A DNA stretch of 64,000 nt from Chrysomallon squamiferum (Eukaryota > Animalia > Mollusca). A model generated the notes under the pieces. That model saw only the letters and a program-made list of their open reading frames with translations. It searched no databases and had not been told where the DNA came from. Made by a program: the position numbers and the translations under genes. Positions within the stretch are counted from its first letter, which is position 1, and each line of letters begins with the position of its first letter. Below are positions 11,580 to 26,083 of this stretch, piece after piece. The DNA is taken from assembly GCA_012295275.1 (NCBI GenBank), contig CM022678.1, positions 8,990,001 through 9,054,000 on the forward strand, written 5' to 3'.

Positions 11580-12570
11580 CATGTTATATGTGTGTATGTA
11601 TGTATGTATGTGTGTGTGAGTGTTTCTGTGTTTTTGTATATATGTGTGTGTGTGTGTACTGGTGTGTATGTCTACATGTGTGTGTGAATGTGTCTGTATT
11701 TGTATGTGTGTGTGTTTGTCTATGTGTGAAGTGTTTCTGTGTGTTTGTGTGTTTGTATTTGTGTTTGTATCTGTATCGATGATTTTATTGTGTGTGTGTG
11801 TGTATGTGTATGTGTGTGTGTTTGTGTGTGTGTTGTATGTGTGTGTGTATATGTGTGTGTATATGTATGTGTGTCTGAATGTGTGCATGTGTGTGTGTGT
11901 GTTTTTGATGATTTATGAGTTTTTTTTAATTTTGAGTTTAATTACGTTTATTGAATATTTTTATTTTTCTATTTTAATGTGATTGTTTGATTTTAAATTA
12001 GTAACTTTATTTAAAAAAAAAAAAATAATAATAATAAACATAAATAGGTATTTTATTCAAAATCTATTGCTATTTAATTTCAGCAGGTAAAACATTCAAA
12101 AACATACACAAAAACACACATTAAGAAACACATTCATCATCACTAGATAGTTTGACTAAATAAACAAATTCACACATACAACACACACAAAATACAAACA
12201 CACAGATACACAAATACATTCACACTCTTACACACATAATAAAAACATATCCACACATACATACATACAGACAGACAGACAAACATACATACATACTTAA
12301 ACATTCAATACAAACATACACAGATACACATACATGCAAACATGCAGAAATACATACATAGTCATGCACACATAAGCACACAGATACATGCAGATACAGA
12401 CTTACACAAATTATCACACTCAAATGCACATAATGTAAACACACACAAATACACACAACATACAACATACATATAAAAATACATACAAACTCAAATACAC
12501 AAATACACATGCATACAGACTTACACAAGTACATACACACTGATGCACACATTGAAACATAGACAGACAC
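11580..12570. repeat. Degenerate (GT)-rich tract followed by a (CA)-rich tract
   Basis: Dinucleotide low-complexity sequence; explains the CVCV/HTHT ORFs. Confidence 0.9.
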
Positions 12571-13047
12571 TCTTATCACTGGCCCATAAATCAAAGAATG
12601 AGGAAATGTTTTTTTTTTTTTCAGCTGTTTTATTTTAAGAGGCAGATTACAGTTTAGTTCATTTTTTTAGATAAATGTATATTACGTAGCATTACAAATC
12701 CTCAGTGAATGAATTTCAATTATAGCCAGTACAGTGTGACTTAACAGAAACTGAAGACTTAGCTTTATTTTGAGATTGTATGTAAGAATTGTCATTATTA
12801 TTTATCACTGAGTAGCATGGTGTATCACAGTGTTTTCAATACTGCAGTCACTTACATACTGCTGATTATGTAAGGTTTTGTTTGTAATACAGAGTGGTCT
12901 TGATAGACAGGTTAGTTATTGAACTATTTGTAGTGTTAAGGTTCTGATGTGTTTACACAAAATACAGAACATGTAGATGATTGTTTTTTATATACAGATG
13001 TGCACACGCCTTGCAGAAGCATGACAAATACTTCGACTTTTTGCTAA

Positions 13048-14935
13048 TCATGTTAAACAGGTTATGTCAACTATTATTTCATCAGAACAAAGCTGTGGTG
13101 TAAAAGGAAGAGACGTTGCTGATAATATTGTGTAGTGAGGGATGTTACAGATATTGCTGAGTTAAATAATACTGAAGGGTTTATTGTTAAAATGGATCAA
13201 GAAAAAGCTTTTGATAGAGTTTCACATAGTTTTATTTGAAAAGTTCTGAAAAAATTCAATTTTGGTGATAAATTGATAACGTGGATTAAAATACTCTATA
13301 ATGATGTAAAAAGTTGTGTCAAGATTAATGGACATTTAACACTTTTCTTTAATATTACAAGAGGTGTTAGACAAGGATGTCCAATACCAATGATGCTTTA
13401 TCTTATTGTAGCTGAACCCTTAAATAATTTAATTATAAATAGACACAGCATGAATGGAATTAGAATAACAAATGAATTTAGTTGTTTATTATTTCAGCAT
13501 GCAGATGATTCTACTGTAACAGTCTGTGATGCTCAGTCAGTAGAATCTGTTTTTAATACAGTAAATGTGTAAAAGTCAATATAGGTAAGTCAGAAGTACT
13601 TTGTCTTGGTAAGACTATAAAAGAAAACTTATCTTTTAACATTCTGATATTAATGAGTAAAGATTGTGTTGAAATTCTAAGTGTATATTTAGAACCAAAT
13701 AATGTGAAAGGTTGAACTGGAAAAATAAAACGTTCATTTACAGTTAAAATATTTTATTCTATTTTGCTTTCACCTACATTTGAAGAAAAATGGACTAAGC
13801 TTGGTTTTAACATATTCTGGAGACCAGTTTGGAAATGGATACACTACAGTGTTAAATTTACTGAATTTACTGACTTAGATTTGAGAACAGCTCGTTATGT
13901 AATATATACATATAGTAAATTATGTAGATATGGAAAAATCTCATCTAGTGTATGTCCAGTGTATCTGAAGGATAATGAAGATGTGTGCCATTTATTTTTG
14001 TATTGTGAAGAATTGTCGGAACTAAAATCTATCTTTCATGAAATATTTATTCAAAAAAAATCTATTAATATTTGGATGTTATCTAAGAATAGAAAATTGT
14101 TCAATAGAATTTTAAAGTATTATTCTATCAATTTATAGAATATCAGTGTTCAAGAGGTGTGGGATAGATGAATTGAAAGGAACAAACATTAATATAATAC
14201 ATTTCTTCAGACATTATTTTTATCAAGGCTTTGAAATAAGCATTGTTTTATTCCTTTTAGCTTCAAATTTGTACTAGAGGTAATCAAAACCATTTCTTGT
14301 TTTGTTTTGAATATAATATATACACATAGAAAAATTATGTAGACATGGAAAAATCTCATCTAGTTTATGTAATATAAAATCTGAAGGATAACTAAATTTA
14401 TTTATTTTTGTATTGTGAAGGAAAAATTTGTATCTTTTTATGAAATATTTAAGAAAACAGGGTTTTCATTAGATCAGTTAAGAGACTGTTAATATTTGGA
14501 TGTTATCTAAGAATTAAGAATTGTTGTTGGATAATTTACAGAATATCATTGTCAAAGAGGCATTTGATAGATGAGTTGAAAGAAACAAACATTAATATAA
14601 TACATTTTTTCAGACATTGTTTTTTTTATCAGGGCTTTGAAATTTTATTCTTACTCAGGACTGTATTAAAAACAAAGTTTCATATTATTAACAAATATAT
14701 TAAGAATAATATTTTTGTAGAATTAAAAGATGAAATGCTTATTTTCAAAATCCTTTCATTAACTATCATAAAAAATGGTAAAAATTTTTTTTACTGTTAC
14801 AATTAAAATTGTATTCAAAGTTTGGCTGATATTGCAAATAATGTGTAATAACATCTATTTTTCCTTGTTTTTACATATTGTTTTTAATGTTGTTATTGAC
14901 ATCTGTTGATTATATCAAAATAAATAAAAAAAAAA
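13048..14935 (+). mobile_element. Tx1-clade LINE, 5'-truncated, internally deleted and locally rearranged
   Basis: DQEKAFDRVSH, GVRQGCP, QHADD, C-terminal CPVY...EDVCHLFLYC and an A-rich tail at ~14917-14936; deletion at ~13730 relative to 32205-33025. Confidence 0.92.
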
Positions 14936-15465
14936 CTTTATATGTGGCAAAGGTTTGTTGGGTTTCTGAAATCAGTCAGATGAATGGAAAAAAATGTCAT
15001 TTCCCAATCTAATAGAAGTGCCTGATATATCTAAGATCATAATATATGTTATTTTTTTTCTGTGGAATAATGCATATGAAAAATGATTTTTAGTTTCTTG
15101 TTAAAAATTTTGTCATTCTTATGTTTCAAAATACATTTAAAAGATACTGATTTTTCAACAAACATTCATTTGTATCAGTAAATGGATTTATACATATAAC
15201 ACTAAATAATGTTAATAATAATAAAAAAACAAAAAAAATTAAATTGTCTTTGTTTTTACTTTTTCAGACATATATCACAAATCAGACAAGTGTTGTTATC
15301 TAAACATCAGAATGGGACACACACAGACAGCAGAACAGAAAGAGAAGTTTATCAAAAAACTGGTATGAAAAGCTCACACATTAACTAATCTGATTCATTT
15401 ACATTCTTCTTAGTTTTCCTATTGGTAATATATTCTCAATAATAAAAGTAAGAAAAGCAGATTAG

Positions 15466-16020
15466 AGCAAGGAGAGTCTATAATAATAAGCAAGGAAAAG
15501 TAATTGTAGTATACAAATAGCTTGATAACTTAGCAAGGAGAGTCTATAATAATAAGTAAAGTAATTGTAGTATACAAATAGCTTGATAACTTAGCAAGGA
15601 GAGTCTATAATAATAAGTAAAGTAATTGTAGTATACAAATAGCTTGATAACTTAGCAAGGAGAGTCTATAATAATAAGTAAAGTAATTGTAGTATACAAA
15701 TAGCTTGATAACTTAGCAAGGAGAGTCCATATAATAATAAGTAAAGTAATTGTAGTATACAAATAGCTTGATAACTTAGCAAGGAGAGTCCATAATAATA
15801 AGTAAAGTAATTGTAGTATACAAATAGCTTGATAACTTAGCAAGTAGAGTCCATAATAATAAGTAAAGTAATTGTAGTATACAAATAGCTTGATAACTTA
15901 GCAAGGAGAGTCTATAATAATAAGTAAAGTAATTGTAGTATACAAATAGCTTGATAACTTAGCAAGGAGAGTCCATAATAATAAGTAAAGTAATTGTAGT
16001 ATACAAATAGCCTGATAAAT
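15466..16020. repeat. 61-bp minisatellite x9 (x11 at 34567-35240)
   Basis: Unit AGCAAGGAGAGTCTATAATAATAAGTAAAGTAATTGTAGTATACAAATAGCTTGATAACTT. Confidence 0.97.
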
Positions 16021-16856
16021 TAGTATTCTTCCATATTTTCATATTTCCATTAGCATTGTTTTATTTCTTTTTAGCTTATATTTGTACTAGAGATAATCAA
16101 AACCATTTCTTGTTTTGTTATTGAACTTGCCAGAATACAGTCAGCTTTATTTTGTTTTGATTTGAAAGTTTAAAAATTAATTTTGCTTTTGTTTTTACTA
16201 TAATTTGGTGATTCTTAGAATTTAGTATATTTATAATTTAGTAATTACAAAAAAAATAATAGAAATGTCATCAAATAATCTGTCCTAACCTGGCAGAAAT
16301 AGAAGCATCTGCAGAGGTTGTTGTTGTTGTTATAGTAACAGCAGTAGTAGTAGTACAACCCATTGTTGTATTAGTGTTAGTACTTAATAATAATAGTTCT
16401 TGTTTGTGGTAATAGGTGATATTTTAGCCAATGATGCTTTGTGATCATAATGTATCTTGTGTGACTAATAGTCAGAAAAATACTAGCTGTAGTCATAGTA
16501 CTAGTTGTAGTAGTAGTAGAAGAAGTACTAATAGTAATTTTGTTGTTGCAGTAGTAGAAGTAATAGAGGGAGTGTGAGTATATGACAGTTAAATGAGAAA
16601 TTGTTATGATAAAAGTAAAAAGAAAAGTAGCTGTGGCAACAGGAGCAGTAGTTGTAGTAGTAGTAGTAGTTGTTGTTTTTGTTGTAGTAATTATAAAATA
16701 ATAGATTTCTTTGTTGAATTGGGGAAAAAAAGAAAGAAAACTGATTAATTCTTTATTTAATATTCTATTTTTTTTTTTTTTTTTAAATTTATTTAATATC
16801 TGATTCAGTATTTTATTGATTGATTGATTTCTTTATTTATTTATTTATCTGCTCAG

Positions 16857-17299
16857 ATGAGGCACCCACCAATCAGAATCAGACCAGTGAGTTGTCCACT
16901 TTCTTGGTTAATGTCGAGTCAAAGTTTTGCTGATGATCAGCTCAATGTTGGTGACCTTGAGCCCCACAGACACTGCAGCCGACCATGTTGAACTACAACG
17001 ATTCTGACAGCAGAAGTTGAAGAGTGTCACACCAGGTGACCAATCTCAACAGTCGAATGTCAGTGATCATGGAGAAAAACTTGAACCTTTAATGTCAGCT
17101 GAGCTAAAACCAGCCAAAGAAAAACACTTAAATCATTCAAAAGCAGAGGAAAGAGACGAGACTCCCAGAAAGAGGACAACATCTCCAACAAAGCCTAGGA
17201 AACCTCCTCAAACATCACCCATCACAGCTGATGTATTTCCAGTCAAGGGGAGATAACTGGAAGCCACTGTTTCTCTGAGTCTCAACACCAGATGAACCA
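16857..17299 (+). pseudogene. Same pseudo-exon, copy 2
   Basis: Near-identical to 23-466 with the same splice sites; ORF 17017-17256. Confidence 0.55.
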
Positions 17300-19929
17300 G
17301 TAAGTTCATTTCAGTGTCTGATACTCCACTAACACAAGGATAACTGAAAATTATGTAGGTGAAGGTCACGGTGAGGGTGATGGTAAAGGACATATGCCAT
17401 TTTACATTAACCTTGATGTTTACATTAATCCTAAAAAACAGAATTCAGAAAACACTTTGATCAGAAGACAGTAGTGGTAATAGATTGTTCTAAACTATTT
17501 ATACAGTGTCTTAAAAATCTTAATGAGCACAGACTTGGACATTATACAAACACAACAACAAAACATATTTTTGATAGTATTTTATTGAATAAACTTCTTC
17601 CAGGAGTCTTTGTATTAGCAGACTGAGTCTGACATTGCTGTGTGTGTAAATGAACAAATCCCATGTTTACTAATGGTGTTTCACATCACTGTCTGTGGAT
17701 GTCGAGACAAACTGACCATGTTAGATTCATCTTGAACAAGTGATTGGTCTTAGGAAGAATGAATACACTGTGCTGCAGGGAAAGCTTTCCACTTGACTTT
17801 TGATCAGTGAGGAATCAGAAGACTCACTGTCACTGGTTGATGAGATTGTAAAGTTGGCTGTGCATTGACAAACGTATGAATCAGTTGTGTCCTTTAACTG
17901 GAAGAATGGGTTGTTATTGTTATGTGTGGTTCTGACTGCAGAAACAGGGCTTACCATTGTAGATGCAGATCAGAGTGTACATTCACACAGTCTGATCAGA
18001 GTTTGCAGTGTTTAAGTAGCTTACAAAGTCCTCAAGCTGCATGATGAGGTACAGGAGTGTACTGAAGAAACTGGATCTAGTTTTGTCAGAAAAACCATAA
18101 ACCCCATTTCTGTAGTAAGAGCCACATATAAGATTAAAACACAGATATTGTTATATTCAGAATGTTGAAATGTTTCAGATATTTTTACTTGGCTTAGTTC
18201 ATAACTTGATAATTAAAATAGTTTTTTAAAAACTGATTTATTTTGCATTATAGTTATGAATATTCATGATGCATCCATTATATGCAAATAATCTGAACTT
18301 GATTTCCAACTGGGGTTGTGTAAGAAATTTCCACAAAGAAAATGTATTGATATATTAAATAATATGTGTATTTATTCATTTACACAGGATTAGAATTTCC
18401 TGGTCTGTTTTTCTGTAATATGAAAAATAAAGTAATGTATGATCTCTAAAATTTCAAATAACAGAGAAATAATTGTCTTTTAACAAGTTATATTCAGGAA
18501 ATTTTATATTTTTTTTATTGTTAAAAGTTTTATTTAAATATTTAATGTAGAGAAATATATAATTAGATAAAAAGTTTTTTTTTAACTATAACCATTTATT
18601 GTATTTTTATGCATGTATTTTGTTATATGCTTATACAACTCAGTTTTTTCTATGTTCAGTATTTCAGAAACTGTGACTGCTTGTTACTGAAAGTTGAAAT
18701 CCTTCTTCAGCATTTTGATCTGCTATTGGTGATGTGATGTCACCTGCATTTTCACTGGATTCAGAGGTTAGTTGTTTTTTTTTTTTATTTTGTTTATAAG
18801 AATGACAGTCCTTAAGTATCACAGATATATGGTTTATTTTAATTATAAATGTTGTTTGATATAAAATTTAGCTTCAAAGAATGATCAGATACAATTTTCT
18901 TTTTCTGATTTTTTTTTTTTTTCACAGATGCCAATTTTGATTTATCAAGAACCTGTGAGGATTATCTGAAAAACAGCTGAAACCACTTTCCTCTGGTATG
19001 TAGCAAAAGTTTTATTTCTCTGTAACATTTGTAAGGAATTTAATGTATTTATGCAATAATTAAGTAGCCTAAAATTGTCAAGGATTGGGGAAAATAATGA
19101 AAAATGAAAAGATAAAATCATGAAAAAATCTTTATTATTAGACAGGGTCCTTCGTTAAATGGATTATTTATTTATTTATGATTTCAGTTTATTGTTTTTC
19201 TTCTTACTGTCATCATTATTATTATTAATATAATTTATTTATCTGTTTTAATCATCATTATTGTTATTTTTATTTTGTTATTGTTATTATTATAAAGATT
19301 TGTTCTATGACTTCTGTGATGATAGCTAAATGTGATTGTTTTTTAAATTTCAGTATATCACATATTTTTGTTATTTCACACAGTTCTCTGGTGTGAGACA
19401 CTTCAAGTCTACCTGACTGTGAAGATTTCTGGTGAAACATTGGCTGACTACAATCTGAACAAACTGGAGGAAGGATCCCAGCTCTGTTATAAAATCTTCA
19501 TTTACATCAGGTACTTTGTTACACCTTGTTGTATTTGATTTAGATTCTTGAGAAAAATGGTTTTAATGTTATTCTGTTTACAGAGATAACAGGTCAGTAA
19601 CAGTAAAATGATAGCAGCAATTCATCTGGTGACACAACATTTATGAATGTGGCATTTTGGAAATACAGATTTTTAAAATAGTTTTAAAATAAAATATTAT
19701 AAAATATTATATTTTTTGTTATTCTTATTATCTGATTTAAAAGGGTATACATGTCCAAGCAAAGAATTAGTTTTTAATTGTGTTTTTGGTTTTCAAAAGA
19801 AAAGTGAATTTTCTAAATTATAATATATTGGGTTTTAGAGTCAACTGTTAATTGAGATATTTCACATTCCACTGTGCATGTGCCCATTGCCGGGTAATTC
19901 AAGGATGCAGATTGCGAGATCTCGGCAAA

Positions 19930-20780
19930 ACAGCCCTACTTGCAAATTGGTGGACAAAACCAATCATTCTGTAATGGGAGGCCATGACCATTGTTCAGTT
20001 ATTAACTGTTCCAATTGCAGACATCTGAGAAATTTGTTATCCTTCTATCAATATCAGGAACATTTGTGGGTAATCACTTCACATAGAAATGGAAAAAGAT
20101 TTTAATGTTACTGAAAACACGAGGGTTTGTTCAGCATATTTTGTAGGTGGGAAGCCAGTGAACTATGTACCCACCCTGAGTATTAGATGGGAAATTGTCA
20201 CAACACCTAGGATAACAAAAACAAATGAAATTAAACACATGGTTCAGATAACTGCAGAGAACAATAGTTTCAGTTATGTTCTTAATTATTCAGTCTACTG
20301 CAACTAGTTGAGGTGTTTGTTGCTTGGAGTCACAAATACTGAGTAGGGGTTGTACAAGTATGTAGGTGTTTATGTATATAGAGAACACACTATACTGAGA
20401 CCTTTTTAGCCATCGATTCCAAGTTAACAAAAGTCCATGACAGACATCATGGTCTTTTATGCTTGTGGACATAAAAGCTTTGTACATATCCATCCTAGAA
20501 ATTTTTAAAATCATTTGAAATCAGGTGTTATCAAAATCCTAGGGTACAAGTTGAAGAGACTTTGTCCAAGTTGTTGCACTGCATTTTAATATGAACCATT
20601 CTGTTGTAGATTTCTGCAGACCCTTTTTCTACGGCCCATCCACCATCTAATTGAAAACATGTAGATGTTAGTTGTCAAAGTTTAAAGTCTCTGTGAAGCT
20701 ACTCATGTCACCCATAAGAACCTGTCAAGCTGCTAATTTGTAAATAGACTAGTTTCACTTGTAAATAGACTAGTTTCAGT
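19930..20780. mobile_element. ISL2EU/PHIS-like deletion derivative with a decayed THAP domain, copy 2
   Basis: 19974-20180 (+) reads HCSVINCSN...LWV...NTRVCSAYF...YVPTL, matching the THAP C2CH layout with the His changed to Tyr and a frameshift. A convergent minus-strand remnant is homologous to the KSYKYFSDG segment of copy 1. Superfamily assignment is inferred. Confidence 0.6.
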
Positions 20781-22667
20781 CTGTTTTGTCAAAGGATATT
20801 TCTCTTTTTAGTAAAAAAATATTTTGTACATGTTTAGGAATGAATATGAGACATTTTAATTTTCTCAAAACATTTTCATGCTGAAGCATTAATATGAGAT
20901 TATTTTAGGTATAAGGAGATGTTTTAATGTGTGATAAAAAGAGGAAAATACAGCTGAAGACTTTAAACAGTGGTGATGTCTTTTCTCCTCAATCAAGATA
21001 TCATTTTATAATTTTATGTTTTTATGTTCTTTAATGACTATTAAATTATTACTGTTTAATCAGGTATTTCTAGTTTAATACATTCAGTCAAAGATTAATA
21101 TTAAAATTAAAATAAACTGTTCTACAAAAACAAAACAGATACTGTCTTCAAACATCAGGGCATTCTATTCTGAGCCTAATGTGAGAAGATTTTATTAATA
21201 TGGAATAGTTGTTGTTATGGAAAATATTTAAAAGATCATCATTGTCATTTAATTCTGTTTTATCAAGAAACTGATTATGGAAAGTTAGAATGTTCAGTCA
21301 CTAATATCTCAGGAACTATATTTTTAATTTTTATATAGTTTTCACTGTGAAGACAAAGCTCATCTAGAAAAGTTAAAAAACATCAAAATGTAAACTTTAT
21401 GACCAGCAACCCATTTTGTGCTGGATGGTCATAAATAAATTTCTGTTTTCTACAACAGGTGTATTTTTTGGCAGGTGTGTGTGTGTATATGAGTGTGTGT
21501 GTGTGTGTGTGTGAATTGAAATTTGAAATTTATTTTCCTCTTCATATTTACAGGTGTCACTGTTGGTGTAGCTGCTCAGTGTAGTTTCTGTGTAACTTTG
21601 ACACATGAGATGTCACAAGAAAAACTTTGACTGGTAGAGAGTTGATGGAAGGACTCATCAACAGGTTGCAGGTAACAGAATCCAGCAGACTGTTAGTATT
21701 TCACACACACACATGGTTCATGCAGTCTGGTGATACGTGAAATAATCACTGTTTTCTACTAAAGTTAGTCTACATTTGTTTTTAGTTTTATATTATCACA
21801 TAGAAGTACATTTTGCCTCCATTTGTATTCAGTGACCATGTGACTACATTTTGCAATAGGCTAGTGGACTTCAGTTATTTCACTGAAATAAAATGTATTA
21901 ATAATTCACTGGGAGGGAAAGTGTTTTATTGCTGTTCTCAGGTGTCTGAATAATTGAATCACAAACAAAAATAATGCTTCTAATATTTCCAGTTACTTCA
22001 ATTTTAGACATTTCCTTTTCACACTGTTCAGTTAATTGATAGAGGTTTGTGGTTGTGACCAAGTACTGCATTTGAAAACTGGTTACCACTAGCTGGTCAC
22101 ATGGAAGATCATGAATAGCTACATAAATTCATTGTTTTAGTGTTGATTAGAGATTGACAATAAACCACAGTTGTTTGTTTATAAATAAAATGAATTCAGA
22201 TGGATTATGATAGATAACAGTACACAATTACCTCTACAGTAAAGATTACAATTTACAAACCTAAGGAACCTAGGATCTGAGACTTGAGGTTCCACTGACT
22301 TGAAATAGTAGACTTGACATGGTAGACAACAAGTAATTATACACTTTGATTCAGGTTGTAGAAATATCATCCTGAATGAAACAATTCCAGTGAAAGTCTG
22401 TCTCTCGTGTGTCATTGATGTAACTGTGGAAGTCAGGTTTCTAATATTTCTTAATAAGTGATTTTTAAAGAAAAGTCTACCCATTTCAATGAACAATAGC
22501 TACTTAATATTTTCAATTAAATTGATGCACAATATAGATAAGTAAGTTTTGAAGCAGTAGATTAATTAGCCCTAACAGCAAATATATATATAGTGTGTTA
22601 CTTTATTGTAATAAAAATTATTAGTATTAATATTAAAGCAGTAGATATTTTCACTACTATTATTACC

Positions 22668-22668
22668 G

Positions 22669-22715
<47 letters not shown>

Positions 22716-22736
22716 CTTCTTCTTCTTCTTCTTCTT

Positions 22737-22805
<69 letters not shown>
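22668..22805. repeat. Compound microsatellite (GTT)n(CTT)n(ATT)n
   Basis: Three consecutive perfect NTT tracts. Confidence 0.97.
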
Positions 22806-23323
22806 TATAGGATGGTTTGATGGAGTTCAGTGCACAGACATGTGAAAGCAGAAATGAAAATCTGTGGCCAAGTTTGATGAAGATTTGAGTTTTGCTATCA
22901 AAGTTTTGATAGTTGATGCCAGACTGATTGAGAAATCATGAAACAGATGCTGGATTCAGTTCTGCCTCTTTTTTCAGTCAGTCACAGCAGTGAGAAAAAT
23001 GTTTGACCAGACACAGCACCAAGTACAGTCAAGTCTGCAGCAGTCTTAAACAAGAACAAATATTTCAAATGATACTAATGAGTGAGAAAAATAAAAACAT
23101 TCAGACAATACATGATAGGGAAAATGATGTTTATTTCAAAGTGTATTTCAAACAGTGGTGAAAAATATGACATTAAGTCTTATGATATAAATTTGAAAAG
23201 AAAGAGAATATGATTGATCATAGAAATTACTGATTACTTACATTAAAAAAAAAAAAAATAAAAAAATAATGTTTATTTTAAGGACTTTTTAAAAAAAATA
23301 TATTTCTTGTTTCATGTTTTTAA

Positions 23324-23376
<53 letters not shown>

Positions 23377-25047
23377 TTTTTTTTTTTTTTTTTACTTAAT
23401 CATATAATCCAAATATTAAATAATAATTAAATACCAAGACTTGTGGTAAAGATTTACCCAATAAAACATAAAATGGAAGGAAATATGTAAACCTACATAT
23501 GCATGTATTTGTTGTTTCGAAGATAAAATCAGAAATTAGAAATTTACTTAATTAGTAATTTGCAGGTTATTTTGTCTGTCAAATTATATATTAACTTAAA
23601 ACATTTTTGTAAACAAATGTCTTGGTATTCTTTTTTATAGTTTTACTGGATAAATCAGAAATCTTACAATTTTTAGTAGTTTTTCTAAAATTATATTTTT
23701 CAGATGAAAAAGTATTTTTGTTGAAATAAATATTGTAAATTATTTTGTTTTCAATTATAATTTTTTAGCCAGCATTATCAAACTGGAGTAACAAATTCCT
23801 ATTTATGAGGATAATTTTTATTTATATTGTTTTGACATATTAACCCAAGTAAAGTATTTAATAATCATAATTTCTTCTGTTACAATTATATTAAGTAAAT
23901 TTCTTAAATGGATAAATTCATAGGTATATTAATTAGAAGGTCTATAAGATTATTTGAATTTTCTGATTCTGAAATGTGTTGTAACAAAATAAAATGAAAA
24001 ATCAGTCTAGTTTAAACTCTTTAGTGTAAGAAAAATAAATAAATAAATAAACTATTTTGGATTTTAAAGAAAAAACAAACATGCATTTTGGATTATGTTT
24101 CTTTCAAAACGCATGCACAAAATCTTATCCCTGTCTATTTTTAGATGTACAAAAAATGCAGAGCCTATGAACAGGTGAATAAAATGATGTAATTTTATCT
24201 TGTATGTGTTCATAACTTGGAATCACACCTGTAGGTACCACTAAGAAGTGCATCAAACATTCTGAAATCAAGAATGGATATCATTTATATGACTCTAGTA
24301 GATATGGAATATAGTTGATATGGGATATAGTAGTATACTATGGGTATAGCAGATACAGTGTAGTAGATACTATAGTAAATGTGAATATAATAGGTACTGT
24401 TGAGATATTTTACTACAACAGTTCATTTTAAAAAAATGTATTCATATTTGAAAGTATTGTATTATTTGTTTATTAATTTGAATCTTTACTGTTATAATTA
24501 TCACATCAAAATTATCATTATTATCAAAACATGCCAGAGATATTGTAGATAAACAAATAAATAAAAATGAATCACAAGCTCTCACAAATTATATATAAAT
24601 GTTAATGTGAACACACACACACCCACACCCAAATATCCAGTGAGTTATTGTATTTGGATATTATGTGAATATATCATCCCTCCCTATTCTAACCAGGCTA
24701 ACCATTTTACTTCATCCATTTATATCTCTTATTCATCATCCATCCATCTTTCAGTCCCATACTTCCACATGTATACATGAATCCAGTGATTAATCTAAAC
24801 ACAAAGAATCTATTATTTTTTTATCACAATCACGTCAAGCTGAAACTTCCAGTTTGTCACAAATGTTGTCACCTTGTGATTGAAACAGACTCTTGTCCAG
24901 TCTGCTTATATGTATATAAAAAAAAAAAAAAAAAATAAAAAATAAAGAAATAAAGAAAAATAAAGATATAAATAAAAACAAAGGAATAAATAAAAATAAA
25001 TAAAGAAATAAAAATGAATAAATGTATAAATAAATAAAACCAAAGAA

Positions 25048-25082
<35 letters not shown>

Positions 25083-25898
25083 AAGAAAAAAAAAAAAAAA
25101 AAAAAAAAATAAATAAATAAATAAATAAATAAAATGATAAGGACAGGCCAGGAGTTGGTTTGTTTAGCTTGGAGACAGGATATTTGAGCTGAACACAAAG
25201 AGTGTTTAATAAACAAGTGTTTAGCAGGTTGATAATCAACAACTCCACCCAGTGTTTCATACACACATACATACATACATACACATACATACACACACAG
25301 ACAGACAGACAGACAGACATACATACATACATACATACATACATACATACACATAAATATACATAAATACACATTCATACACATACATACACATACATAC
25401 ACATACATACACACACAGACAGACATACATACATACATACACGTACATTCATACACATACACAACACACACATAATGGGTACGCTACAGACATAAACAGT
25501 CTAACATAAATACATGTACAAACACACAAACACACACAGACAGACACAAACTCAGACATAAACACTCACAAAGACACTGGATGTATAAAAAGATAGATGA
25601 ATGAAAGGATAAATGAATAGAGACACATAATAAAATATTACATTAATGACTTTTATTCTCAGATGATCTACACAGACTACACACTAATCAGTGTTTCAGT
25701 GTAAACTAACACTGCATGTCTCTCTATACACCAACTTAAACTACTAAGTCAAAGGTTACCATTCTACCTCTAGTTATCAATATAACATTACCTCAAGCCT
25801 TTAATATTCTTAATAAATAAAAGGCTTTTAATCTGGAAACCTTTTTTTCTGTATTTTTTTATTTATACTCACTACTCCTAGTCAAAGACTGTCATTAC

Positions 25899-25946
<48 letters not shown>

Positions 25947-26042
25947 GTAACACTAATAATAGTAATAATAATAATAGTAATAGTAATAATAATAAATAAT
26001 AATAGTAATAATAATTGCAATAGTAGTAATAATAATAATGAC

Positions 26043-26083
<41 letters not shown>

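Larger units (their letters stand above)
6373..16850 (+). repeat. Segmental duplication block Y (paralog 27228-36270)
   Basis: GAAATTAAGGAGATG at 6373 and 27228; colinear thereafter with large indels and VNTR differences. Confidence 0.95.

Noticed and set aside
11484-12594. ORFs rich in CVCV, HTHT, poly-L, poly-I or poly-Y (also 22593, 24835-26170, 31282, 42279, 57496)
   Set aside because: Translations of microsatellites.
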